Notes: generated by a model from the letters alone, not told the origin. DNA of 62,156 nt, filler included, from Polymyxa betae A26-41 (GCA_003693705.1; 4 parts of 4 records of this genome joined end to end with filler, not necessarily neighbours in it), one strand, 5' to 3'. Shown: positions 13,511 through 25,174, counted from the first letter of the whole stretch. Translations and numbers: made by a program.

Positions 13511-15399
13511 GCGTCTAGCTAAATCCTCCTAATAGTCGAGCGCAGAAACTGCATTCTGCGTACAGTAAACTGCGCGCAGCCCTTTTCAAATTACATGTCT
13601 TGCCTTGAGGTTTCCCTTCACCAATTGCCACAACCATGGATCGCCCGACTTCCCAACAGTGTGGCATGACATTCAAGATCCCGTGACCTGACGCGCTACC
13701 TGCAGACCGTTCACCAGGCGTATATCCTGCGGGTAGTTTGTGATTTTTACGGCATCTCATATATGAACGAAATTTCGCTGAAGTAACACCGATCTGCATC
13801 CGGTTGTGCATCTATAATAAGAACAGAACCGCAAGCCATCTTTATCTGCCAGGATTGTGAAACGGATTTGACTTCTTTCGACCTTTTTAAAGGTCACTTT
13901 TAATAGGTCAGAGACCAACATTGGAGCAGGAATATAATTACAATATTCAGCCTTTTATTCTATTATTCTTTAATAAACAGAATCGCAGAGAATCCCCAAT
14001 CCATGAGAGCCCCATATATATTTCCAATGAGTCTGAGTTTCACTGCAGGATGCCGAAATAAATATTCACTATTTATTTCATGGGAACAGCTTCCGGAATA
14101 TTTTATTTTTCCTCTGTTTGAAGCGGAATTAAATTACTCCGCATGAGCGGCCTTAGTAAATAACTTATTCCTTCATCGCATGAGAAGAAAATCAATAAGT
14201 CCGGAACCTCTGGTCAGAAATAAGAGCCCCATTCCACTGATAATTTTGGTCAGAAAAGTGTCCAGTCTAAATCTCAAAGCTTTTTTGATTTTCTAATGCA
14301 ATCAAGGCGCTTTTCGGCTTGTTAAACCCTTATGAAGGCTTTTTCGAGCTTTAATCCAAATTCGTAAAATTGTCTTCGATGATCTTTGGAATTTGGATGC
14401 AATTTCTTGAATGGCTCCTTTTTTTAGCTTTTTGCCGTTAATGTTTACTGCAGAATCTGTAGGATGCCTACTCTCTCTTCATTTGTAGCATTCGGCTTCT
14501 AGGCACCGTGGGTAGATTCAGCGACAGTAGTCATGATGATTGGTTGCAATCCAGAACCTCAGCGGGTGTTTTCCAGCCAAATTTTAATGAGGCAATCTTC
14601 TAGTCGCCATAGCGCAGCCCCATTTAAAGCTAAATGTAGAAAAATATAGATCAACGGAAAGCTCTCAACAAGAACAACGGCAAAATCGCAACAACGGGAT
14701 TTTATACAAGAAATTCACACTAAGTTTGAGGAACTGCGTGAATCGGACACTTATCTCTGACCAGAGGGACTATTCCAATTGCTGTATTTAAAAGCACCGA
14801 TGCATGTTTATTGCAGGTGAATCGACCCAAAACTCCGAGTGCGTCTCGCTAGTCGCTACATATTCATTCTTGTCACGGACTAAAAATTCCTTGCTTCAGG
14901 GTTTCGCTCGGAAACTTTCTTGATGAATTATTCCTGAAGATGAATTATTTATTCGGCATTCATGAGTTCAGGCCTGGAAAGATATAATTGATCAGCATGG
15001 TCAGTATGTGGCATTTCGCTGCAGAGCGATTTCCCAAACCCTGATGTCCTACCAAACCTCCGTGTGTCGCCGATTATGTGAAACCGCTTCGAAACCGAAA
15101 CAATAGGTAATGAGAGATTTCTGCGAACGAGAATCCTAGACCAAGTTGTAGCAAATCGACTGGTAAGATGAATAAGCCTGTGCCTATCGTTCAACTGCCG
15201 TTATCATCCCGAATGGGGAATATCCGTTAAATATATGTCGCTGCACACTGGGCGTATACGAAACTCCGAGATATAGATGTCTGAAGGTTTTAAATAATCA
15301 AACAGATTTACAGTGGTTGTAGCTTAGGGTTCCGCGCAATTCTCTGTACGCAGAAAGCATTATCTGCGCTCGACTAGTAGGAGGATTTAGCTAGACGCC
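13510..15399. mobile_element. Non-autonomous DNA transposon with ~70-bp terminal inverted repeats (GGCGTCTAGCTAAATCCTCCTA...)
   Basis: 13510 ggcgtctagctaaatcctcctaatagtcgagcgcaga is the near-perfect reverse complement of tctgcgctcgactagtaggaggatttagctagacgcc ending at 15399. No TSD seen. Confidence 0.8.
14207..14770 (-). mobile_element. Internally deleted Tc1/mariner derivative nested in the TIR element
   Basis: Inverted ends cctctggtcagaaataag / cttatctctgaccagagggac|TA. Minus-strand peptide KLKKGAIQEIASKFQRSSKTILRIW is homologous to the mariner HTH at 43.3-43.7 kb. Confidence 0.65.
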
Positions 15400-15451
15400 C
15401 CGCCAACCTCCTTCCAAATATACGTTATCAACTAAAATTGAATTCTGTATA

Positions 15452-15680
15452 GGTTAGTACTTACTCTGATTGCGAAAAGGCGAAGGATTTTAGACCACAT
15501 TTTTATCAGACCCCCCCCCCCCCAGAAGAATATTTTTTTTGAATGGACGTATCAATAAATGAGTAGGTACCTACTCTCAATTGCGAAGAAAGCGAAGGAT
15601 TTTTGACCACTTTTTCTTCCAAGACCCCAGAATATTTTTTTTGAATTAACGGATTACTGGATGAGTCGGTAGTTACTCTA
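15452..15680. repeat. Imperfect tandem duplication (~115-bp unit)
   Basis: tactct..ttgcgaa..gcgaaggattt..gaccac..agacccc..agaatattttttttgaat occurs twice. Confidence 0.55.
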
Positions 15681-17188
15681 TTCTATTTCAGTCCATTATA
15701 AAAAAATATTAGATTAACTTTGAAACGAAAAAAATCACCCCAAAATCCTTCGTAAATCTACTTTTCCTTCGCTCTTGGTGATGTTTGTAGATTAATTAAA
15801 AACGAATTTACATTTTCGACATTCATGGAGATCTTGATGCTGTAACAGTTTATACTATTGTATTGAGTGTACTTACTTCTTTCGCTTCTTGCCTTTATGA
15901 TATTGGCAACGTTTACAACCCTCAAGGGCAAAGTTAGGACATTCACGGTTGCCATCAACAAAACTACAACGTGGTCGTTTGGGATTCTGCAAAATTTGAA
16001 GTCTGCGAATACCACCTTTAAACTTCTTTACAGAAAGATATTTCTTTATCCGTTGCCAAATTGTTGTATCCAAAGCCGATTCAAGAGGAGAGTCAAAAAT
16101 GAATCGTTCTTGTAGTTTCAATGAAATATATGTTTCAGGATCAACTCTTAATTCAGGTTCTCGACTTTGAAAACCGGTAAAAAGCAGGGTTGGAACTACT
16201 GTTTCAAAACCACAATCGTTAAGATGTTTGACCCAAGAAACTGACTGTAAAAACCAATGTAGAGATTTAGAGTGCTTTTGTGGATTGACCAGAGATATTG
16301 AGTTTCCAATTAAAACAGCTGTCGAATTCTTGGTATAAAGCTGAACGTGATCGATAGACTGCTCATTCAATTTAACAGGTAGAAAATGAAAGATTTGAAT
16401 CACTGAATCATCAGTTGGGGAAATGTCTTGTGGGATTTTCATATCCTTCTCATAAGCATACTCACTGGTAGGAGAACTGCAATGACTGACATCAAATGTT
16501 CCCTCACCAAAAGCCTTCATATTTTGAATACAATGACTTGCAGCGCTGGTTAAGCGCTTGAAGGTATCGATCGCCCATCTTTCCACGTAGAAACCCAAAA
16601 CCGAATTGTTGGAATAAATTGTGCTGGCTTCTCGAACATTTGGGAAATCAGAGACAGAAAAGCTCCGTCTTATCAACACTTCTCGATAAGCTTGCATTGA
16701 GCGAATTGCGGACAAAATATCTTGCCTTTGTGGAAATAACGACAGTCAATATAGTCCTGCTCTACAATAATCGGTTTCGAATCCGCTTGAAGAAAGAGTA
16801 GGCGGTGGAGGAGAACATTAAAATCAGCCTTGCAATGAATGTCGAAATTTAAGAAATTCGACATAGAATCAGAAAGGTACTTGACGGCCAAAGTCCAAGA
16901 TATCGATACCGGATTATCTTTCAAGAAGTGCCGAATCCTGGTAATTGATAAGAAATGACCCTGAGTTCCGATATAGAAATCATTCTCAGATGTGGGCGAG
17001 AACTCCAGCATTTCTTGAGTTGTCATGTCAGGCAGCTTGAGGGGTTAGAGAGTGATGTTGAAAGAATGTATCAAATTCTGATGCTTCGAGACTTGGAGGG
17101 AACTCATATGGTGATGGAATCAGGGTTGTTTCACTTGAAGATACTTTCCAAGTCACATTTCCAGAACCACACCCAACAACAAAAACAC

Positions 17189-17434
17189 TGTAGCGCGCAG
17201 ATTATGGAGCGCGGCCTCCCAACCAACCATAACCCTCGCCAGTTGCGAGCCACGCCTGATCGCCGATCGAGAGCCGCCGCTGCACGAGTCAATACCGAGG
17301 CGTAATTACTCACCTGACCAGCACCAGTACTCTGACCCACCCGATTCTATTTTTTCATTATAGAATCGGTTTTACATTACCGATTTACATAAACACTACT
17401 GACAAGTTAGTCACCGTCAACTGAGTGTGCTACA
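17189..17434. mobile_element. Solo LTR (246 bp) inserted in the CRN-like gene
   Basis: TGTAGC...GCTACA inverted termini with 4-bp TSD ACAC on both sides. Removing it restores the frame SAHSVFVVGCGSGN. Confidence 0.85.
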
Positions 17435-17894
17435 ACACTGTGAGCAGAATTTCCAAGTCTTATAAACTTTTCAAAATCATCTTGGGAAGCCTTATCTATC
17501 TGATCAATAAAAACGATTGCGGGTTTAAGATCCGGTTTCCTTTGAATTGCAGAAGAGCGCCAAAAATCATATTCAAATTCATCAGGAGTTCGGAACCAAA
17601 ATACATCGAGTCCTTTTCGTTCTAAATAAGAAGCAGAAAGTGCAATAGCCAAAATTTTGCCACTGCCTGATAATCCACGAATAAGAATAGAAGACCATTG
17701 CATATGCTTGTTGGATATAAACCGATCATCAAGTATAGTAAGTCAATCTTCAAGAGATTTGGTCATCAAAATGCCAAGGAAAGGGTCTATTAACATCTTT
17801 CCGTGAATCACCCCAAAGTCTTTGATAAATTCCTTATAGATACTGAATCGGGGCGACGTAACCAAAAGAGTAGAGCAGTTGGCAGTTTGCTTTG

Positions 17895-18282
17895 TGTGGA
17901 GTTCTGCTTAAGTAGGCTCTGGACTAACAGCTGTTACTGTACTTTTTGGTCAGTTAGTTGCTGTGAAGTCCAGGCGCAGTTTCTACAGAATAACAGCTCA
18001 AAGGGTCGGGTTCGAGTCTCCCCTGGTACTGGACGTTTTGGGCTCAGTGGACCGGACCGGCTACGCAACTCGTGAAAAGATGCGTGGTTCATCTGAGTTG
18101 GGGGTCATCTACTTAATTCTGCCAGAGGCCTGAGTGCCTGATTCTGGTGAGGAATGCAGTCACATTCAAAAGAGGGGTGTGCGGAGTACTGCTTAAGTAG
18201 GCCCTGGACTAACAGCTGTGGAGCTGTTATTGTACCTTTTGGTCAGTTAGTTGCTGTGAAGTCCAGGCACAGTTTCTACAGA
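17895..18282 (+). mobile_element. TRIM-like miniature LTR retroelement (~390 bp)
   Basis: Two ~95-105-bp direct repeats (tgYggag..tttctacaga) flank a ~190-bp core. Polypurine tract aaaagagggg precedes the second repeat. 5-bp TSD CTTTG. Removing it restores DSVAPKQTANCSTLLVTSP. Confidence 0.8.
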
Positions 18283-19059
18283 CTTTGGTGCAACACTATC
18301 GACTATATACAGTCGATCTGGAACCATAACGGCCAGACCCAATTCCTTTTCTGATATAGATATAACAGACCCATCTGTGATTGATAGGGTAACATTTTAC
18401 GTGTGATATAAAACGATCTGAAACTCAGAGGTGAGACGGTATAAACAAAAGGCACTGAACACTGATTTTCCAATGCCTGGAGTACCAGTGATAACAATAC
18501 GTTTGTAGCCAACCGACCAAAGATTACGAATGATGCCCAAAAGCTCCTTATAACATTTGCGAACGTAGATAATCTTCCCGAATTCGTACGAGCCAAAAAA
18601 TATACGATTGAAAAGTTATTACAGAATTGGGTGCTTCAGATAATCCAGAATTCAATTCCGTATAAAAACAAGTAAAAGCATCAAGACCTCCTTGACCCAA
18701 TTTGGGACGCTTTGCCACTGGTTCTGAGAAAATATCATGAACTAAACGTTAGATAGCAGCACGGCACATATCAAACTGATAAAATGTGACGCAAGATCGT
18801 TATGGATGGCGGTGACCATGTTGCCATACATAATCTTCTCCTCCTTATCGCCATCGTCCTCCGCACGCTTCAGCTTCGCTCGGCGTCGGCAAGCTTGCGT
18901 TTGAGCTCACCGATCTCATCCTCGAGAGACCCTCCCGACGACGACATTACAACGAACTACAGAATGAAGAAAGTGCGTGACTGCGTGGCTCACCTCATCA
19001 CGTCTCACACCTTCCCAAGACAACGGAAGTGATTAAAAATGAATCCCTTTTATCTTATA

Positions 19060-19510
19060 ATGGTGCTGTTAAAACGTATTAGTGAGTTTCCAGATTATTT
19101 CATTGACTTTAATGGATATGTGTATGGAAAAAGAGGGGAGTTGAAACCGCACCTAGAAGGAAATGGCTATTTTTTGTGACTTTATATAAAGCTAAAAATC
19201 CGATACTATAGAAAGGTTCATAGATTAGTCGCTTAGACATTTATTGATAATCCTTATAATTGCCAGTTGTAGATCATATCGATAGAATCAAGACAAATAC
19301 TAATGTGATAATCTGTGATGGGTGAGAATCCAGAAGAACGGGCATAATAGAGTGGATTATAATGAGCAGGTAAATATTGATGAACAAAAATGACAGAGAA
19401 AGTTATAGAGTTCAGTATTCCTTCCATAATAGAAAAACAATTGATAGAACATTTGATAGTACAGATGCTGCCGCCACGAGAAGCCAGATTATCAAATTGA
19501 CTGTTTTGTG
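19060..19510 (+). pseudogene. Decayed NUMOD4/HNH-type homing endonuclease (virus/phage-like)
   Basis: Reconstructed across frameshifts and stops: ISEFPDYFIDFNGYVYG..LKP..GY..VTLY..RKVHRLVA*TFIDNP..PVVDHIDRIKTN.N..NL*WV. Intronless and AT-rich. Confidence 0.8.
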
Positions 19511-19782
19511 ATCTAGTTCAATGACGTGAGTTAGTGCCCACGTCCATTGAATCGGCGACGTTTGTTGATAAAGACCGTGTCCTGTTCAAACAAGCCGAAG
19601 AGTATTGGCACAATCCCTGACATCTCGAAACTGACCGCCAACGACACCAAGGGGATGACTCATTGTTGGCTGGTTTTGCGTTGAATCACTGACCGCCACG
19701 TTGACCGACCAGACCCATTGACTCATCCAGATGCTATTTGAGACCGACAAATTCTATTGTTCTGGTCACTAACTAATTAAAT

Positions 19783-20143
19783 ATGATCTCAGATAATACT
19801 AACTATGCTCATGCTATCCTAGACTCTATAATCACTGCTGTTGTGATGAACGCTGTTGTTAGGCAAGATGACGCTGATAGCAGAGACGACGAGCATCAAG
19901 AATTCACAGAGTCGTTTATTGACGTTTGTAATGATACAGAACCGATAAGTTTTGACGTCGGCGAACACTCTACCGAACATCAAAACGCAGACAGACACGA
20001 GACCGTCGGGTGTACAAGAGAGCAAGATGAATTTACTGATGATCACTAACCGGCCGAACATCCAAGCGAGGACCCGACCACCGAACGGACCAGGATGACG
20101 TGTTCTGGCATAACGAAACTCGGTAAGCGTTGTAAGAACTCGA
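19783..20143 (+). pseudogene. Acidic intronless ORF ending in a C-x-G-x-T-K-x-G-x-R-C motif, cut by a copia LTR
   Basis: The 88-aa ORF continues past TAA to MTCSGITKLGKRCKNS, immediately before the LTR start tgttg. Confidence 0.4.
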
Positions 20144-20675
20144 TGTTGTTGATGGTCATGGTCAAGTTGGACCGACCTGTCTCGTTTTGTTTTACTAAAT
20201 ACTGTTCTACTGTGATTTAAGCACGCTGTCTCGTTGTGAGCTGAGTAGCTTTATTATGGCAAAAGGTGCAGGATCAGGATCGGCGGCAAGACGAGGATCT
20301 CGTCAGATCTCGGGACATTCCGTGGCTCAGGCTGAGGCCCAGCCCGCTCCGGAGGCAGTTCCAATCCGTACCACTTCTCAGGTTATGGGCCCAGACGCCA
20401 TTCGTGCGTATACTGGCGAGAAGATAAACGGCAAGAATTGGGGCGCTTTCGAATTTGGGTTCACGACGCACCTGATCGGATATGGACTGCTGGATACACT
20501 GAGTCGTGATGTGCCCGATCTGGCCGCTCAGAACAAGGTGTTTTCAATCCTTGTTGCGGCCCTGAATCGAGCCAGTACACTCTGATGAGTAAGACCAGGA
20601 CTCCGTCGGCTGCGTGGAGTGTTTTGAGGGACTTCCATCGGAAGCAGGGCGGACAGTCAAGGCTGTTACTCACTC
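20144..20675 (+). mobile_element. Ty1/copia 5' fragment: LTR (~20144-20380), PBS and gag
   Basis: TG...CA is followed directly by GGTTATGGGCCCAG, the copia-type internal tRNA-iMet PBS. The gag-like peptide INGKNWGAFEF..TPSAAWSVLRDFH comes from an ORF starting inside the LTR. Confidence 0.8.
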
Positions 20676-21525
20676 CCAAGAGACAGCCTCACCAACCAAT
20701 CGCATGCATCTATGAAGCATGCGATTTGGATTGGGAGGTCGAGTCAATCTTGGAGCACCGTATGTCACCAGCCGGCTTTGAATTCAAGGTCAAATGGCTT
20801 GGTGTGTCTCAAACCGACGCCAGATGGGAACCTGCAGATAATGTTGAAGGCAGCGCCGGGATCGTTGCAGATTATGCCCTGGACTTCCCTGGTATGTACT
20901 CTTGATTGTGTTTTGCTTGTTTTAGAAATAATAATAATATTATTTTGCAGAAATCAAGCCGCTGTTGCCTTGGTTGCCAGCTCAAGTTGAACATCAGGAC
21001 CCGCCTGATGCTCAACCCAATGGCTTCGAAGTGACTTCCGGCAATAATCCGGCAGATTCACATTGGTCATGGTCCAATTGTGGTATCCCCGATCTTGCTT
21101 CTGAATCACAAGGGAATGAAGAAATCAAGGTTTCTGATGTAATGGAGATGCCGGAATCGGACCCAACCCTGTATTACAATACTGGATTCGGTTTGTTCCC
21201 TTTAGTCCATCGTGGAATATTATCTCATCACGTTTAACATAGGTTGCCCTCCTAATATCTAGGACTGTTCTCTCTCGATATCTTCCGCTCAGTTTTCCAA
21301 CCCCGTCCTCTCTCCAAGGTAACTTCCTCAGTTTAGACAGTTTGTTACAATTTGACTGTATTCGATCACCATTGTCTAACGCTTACAGTACATTCCATAT
21401 TTTTTGTTGCTTGTTGTAAAATCAAACCGATTAATGTTTCTATAGGTTACAGGAATCGCAGAGCCTAACACATACGACAATTAGTAAAACCCCTGATCCC
21501 CACCAACGTAGGGTTTCAGAGTCGT

Positions 21526-21861
21526 TGCCACTGTGACGCAGTGGTGGCGGAACCCGCTTCTCGCGCAGATTCGCGCTCCGACTCGATCATCTCCAACTCG
21601 TCTTCAGACCGATCGTCTCCTTTGCCTGTTGGCATCGTACATCGTCCGTCGTCGTCTGTCATCAGCCCCTCCTTTTCGTCTCCTGATCGATCGTCTCCTT
21701 TGCGTGAGCATCGTATCTCGGCCGTCGTCGTCTGCTCTTGTCCTTTGTTATCCTCTCTGCTAACCCGTCCATTAGTATATCGTCGCCCGCCATGCATGGC
21801 TGCACCCTGGTTACCGGCCGAAGACGATGAGCTCCGCGGTCTAGCGGCCAAGTACGTGGCA
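21526..21861. mobile_element. Solo LTR (336 bp)
   Basis: TGCCAC...GTGGCA inverted termini with 4-bp TSD TCGT on both sides. GC-rich relative to the flanks. Confidence 0.75.
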
Positions 21862-23263
21862 TCGTAAATGGCCAAAGGTAGTGTTCGACTTGCAGGCCGC
21901 CTTTCCTGGAAGAAGGGAATACAACCGAAATTGTGTGCGACTGAGATTCGGTTATCTTCAAAAAAACGGATGCTGAAGTGGTTACCCTTTAGAATTCACA
22001 CGAAGGTACTATTTTTAACTAGCTTTTCTAATCCTAACATTTTAAAAATCTTATTTTTTACCCAAGTTTCTTTCTTAGTACTATAATTATCAAACTTACA
22101 ATTTTCAATAGCAGATGCGGATGCGGTCTCTACTCATCCTAAACGCCACAAACCCGCAGTTAAACCTCAACTTACAGTCCGGTAAGCATTCCTTTTTGTC
22201 TTATTATAAAGATATTTGACTATAAAACTTTAGCGAGTTTGAAGAACAGGTCAACGCTCATAATGGATTAGTCGAATGTAAACCTAACTTCATTCTGGGC
22301 GAGGACAACGCAACACCTGAAAAAGTAAAAGCAATCCTGTCTCAGCTGTCGACCGAGACATTGTCTAAAGACAATAGCATGAAAGTTATCGTGGGGTGTA
22401 TAACTGGAAGCCCAACCAGTAAACAACAATGGATTCACCTCTATGAGGCCCTTGAACCTGAGGCGACTGACCTTCAGCTGGTCCTTGATCTTGAACTCTT
22501 TGTACCGCTTGATGATGGCAAAGAAGTACCGTTCGCTTTCAATTTCGACGATGCCAATTCTGTCATTGGCAAACTTTTCGACGAACATGTTCTGCGTCAA
22601 TCCTCACTAGCGTCCTTATTCACATTAATTGAGTAAACAGCCATTATTTATCTCCCGTTCACACTCCCTAAACCCTATGTAGAGATGAGGTCATTCTGTC
22701 AGAGGATTACGGACAGCAATCCCGGTGTCATCCAATGCTAGTTCTTGAATTCTTGTTTTGACCCGAGCTGACAATTCTTTGCAGTAATCGGTTTCTTACC
22801 CTGATCGACAATGCAGAGTCGTGTCCTCTTCCCGATGCAGACCTGGAGCTCCTGACGGTTAAGTTTCTAACCGAAGGTGTCCTCGTTTTACGGGGTCTGA
22901 TATCCGCCGATGCTGTTGACAATCTTCACAACGTTCTCAGACAAAGTGCCGATATGCGTACGATGCAACTGCATCAAGGTAACGTGACTATCGCTTTTTA
23001 TTCGAGTCTCACTGCTGACATTTGGACAGCAGGGAACGTGCAGTTCCAGTACAAGCAGCTCTCTGATCTGTCAGAGGATGTGGTTTCTTGTGTGTACGAG
23101 TGCTACAAAAACTTCCTTCAGCCGATAGTCGAATCGGCTTGTCCGGGGTTTCAATTCACTCTTGAGGATACTGTAGACGACATGTATAAGCCGATCTCCT
23201 CGCCTGCTCAAGTGAGTTTCACATTTAATCATAGTCATTTCATGTTTGCATTGACTGAAATTG

Positions 23264-23844
23264 GCTCGGTAATGCTACATTTGTTAGAATGAAGAGATTG
23301 CAGCCAATGAGCTACAGTTAGGAGGTCACATTTAGGAGCTTTTCGGAGCACTTTTCATTTTCACCCTGTTTGAAGTTATGCATGTTCTTTGGGCGCGATT
23401 GCGCTGGCTTTCAACAATTGTTCTTGACCACGATCGACGCATATTGATATCACACAGACGGGAGAAATTATCTCAATTTTGCTGGTTCGATTGTACTGAT
23501 ATGAAGGCGGACATTCGGACCAAAGCCTGAGGATATATGTTCTTTCAACGACTACGGGACATTCGGTCAAGTTGGAATGTTGCGGATGATTCGGATGCAG
23601 CAGCGGCCGTTAATGACACAGCCGGGAGATGTTGCAGGCGTCATCATAGTATTATTGCTGCGACTTTGCAACAGACGATGCCTGTTTGAATTTACGCCAA
23701 TTTTGTAGTTGTGCACTTCTTTTTGGATTTCCCAGATGAATGCCCAAATAGCTTCTCTCTGTTCAAAATTTATCATATCGCCCTACATTGAAATATATTA
23801 ATCGTTCTTTTAAATCTCATTTTTTGTAAATATCTATTTTTGTT
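23264..23844 (+). repeat. ~600-bp direct repeat, copy 2
   Basis: Colinear with 12159-12756. Confidence 0.9.
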
Positions 23845-24337
23845 TGCAATCAATTGGTGGTCGCCAATTCATCACCAACTCCTCAGCCGTCTCATAAATC
23901 CGTGCAGCGAAGTCATCACTGTGCAGATTCGCGTCGTACAGCCCACTGCCGACTGCGAACACTTGACCGGATTCCTCGAGAGCATACAATCCAGCAGGCA
24001 GTTAGGTGTTCGATAAGAATCGATGAGACGGACGCGCAGAAGCAGGCGCGCGATCGATTCCGTACTGGCCCAGCTTACATTGCGACAAAAAAATCCTGTC
24101 GATGGAATTGCCCATATTACTACTGCCCCAACTGAAAATTTATTAAGCTCTCGACGACAACAGCGAAGGAGCGTGTTAGTAGATAAGCGCTGTTTGACCA
24201 ATCTCGAGATATCAGTAGCGCAGACTTGCGCAAATTCAGCAGGAAGCCTTTCCTTCTGATTGCATGCTGAGATATACAAATTTCCACTTCAAACGCATTC
24301 CTGGTCAAAACCCGTTCATGGGTAGCACTCAAGTTGA

Positions 24338-24410
24338 GCTCTGCTAGCTCAGTTGGTAGAGCATTGGTCTAATAAGCCAAAGGTCGTCGGTTCGAGCCCG
24401 GCGCGGAGCA
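24338..24410 (+). tRNA. tRNA-Ile (AAT)
   Basis: Acceptor stem GCTCTGC/GCGGAGC, A-box TAGCTCAGTTGG, anticodon arm ttggt-ctAATaa-gccaa, GGTTCGAGCCC, followed by a poly-T terminator. Confidence 0.95.
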
Positions 24411-25174
24411 AACTTTTTTTGCCAGTGATGGATCTGTAAGCCATTCTGTTTATCATGATCGATTCTGTACCTTAATTCGAAACCAAAAGGGCAAGCGGAA
24501 TGCGACGAAAACTGGATGCATCTCGGCTGCTCCATTTAATCTCAGCTGATTCTAGAATTTGGCCGTCAAGTCGGGTATTGTCTGTCTAAAGCAATTACCA
24601 AACTCGTTCACCTAATAACATCATGTTGGTCTCACTTATACTTATCCAGAGAGTCTCCCAATTGAATTCAGAACGAATTTTTGTCCACAAAGTTGAAATG
24701 CTTCCTTTTTGGCAAAGTTCTGGATGACAGATTGAATCGGTAATCATCAACACGAGTCCACTGGCCCTATCCAGCAGTCGTGTTCGGCGCTACATTCACC
24801 GTTGCTGTTTCCGTAAACCGTTCGTGATTGGTGCCAGCGATATCTTTGTAATCCGTCCGTAAAGATCTGAATCCGTCTGATAGCTGCACCATCAGCACCG
24901 TCCATCTCCAATTCGGTCACGCAACGAACTGGCCCAAGCATTGATGCCGAGGAACATCAGGAAATGATTTCTGTCTGGATGTGAAAAACTGCCTTGAGTC
25001 CCATCATGCTGCTGAATCCGTCCATGAAGCAATCTCCAATGACACTAACGTATCGCCGGTCCGATATTCCGTCCTCCGATCACGTGGGTTGGACCCAGCT
25101 CAAATTATTCTACACAGTTTTGCTGTTAGAAGCATCCCACAACTTCAAAGCGCATTAGGTATGAGGAATAGTTT

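Larger units (their letters stand above)
15873..18947 (-). pseudogene. Crinkler/RHS-type effector-like gene: coiled-coil header, two P-loop NTPase domains, REase-like domain, Cys/His tail and NLS; disrupted
   Basis: NTPase 1: IYVRKCYKEL..RIVITGTPGIGKSVF..YIVDSVAP..TLLVTSPR..YKEF. NTPase 2: ILIRGLSGSGK..IVFIDQID. REase-like: PVKLNEQSIDHV..GNSIS..KH. Tail: PRC..C..CQYHKGKKRKK. Contains stops, frameshifts and two TE insertions. Confidence 0.75.
20700..23844 (+). pseudogene. Multi-exon chromodomain-containing gene, decayed; C-terminal part possibly 2OG-Fe(II) oxygenase-like
   Basis: Chromodomain WEVESILEHR..FEFKVKWLG..ARWEPADNV..IVADY, then GT-AG exons including FLTEGVLVLRGLISADAVDNL and a frameshifted HID..IISILLV. 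Linkage of the exons into one gene is inferred. Confidence 0.5.
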
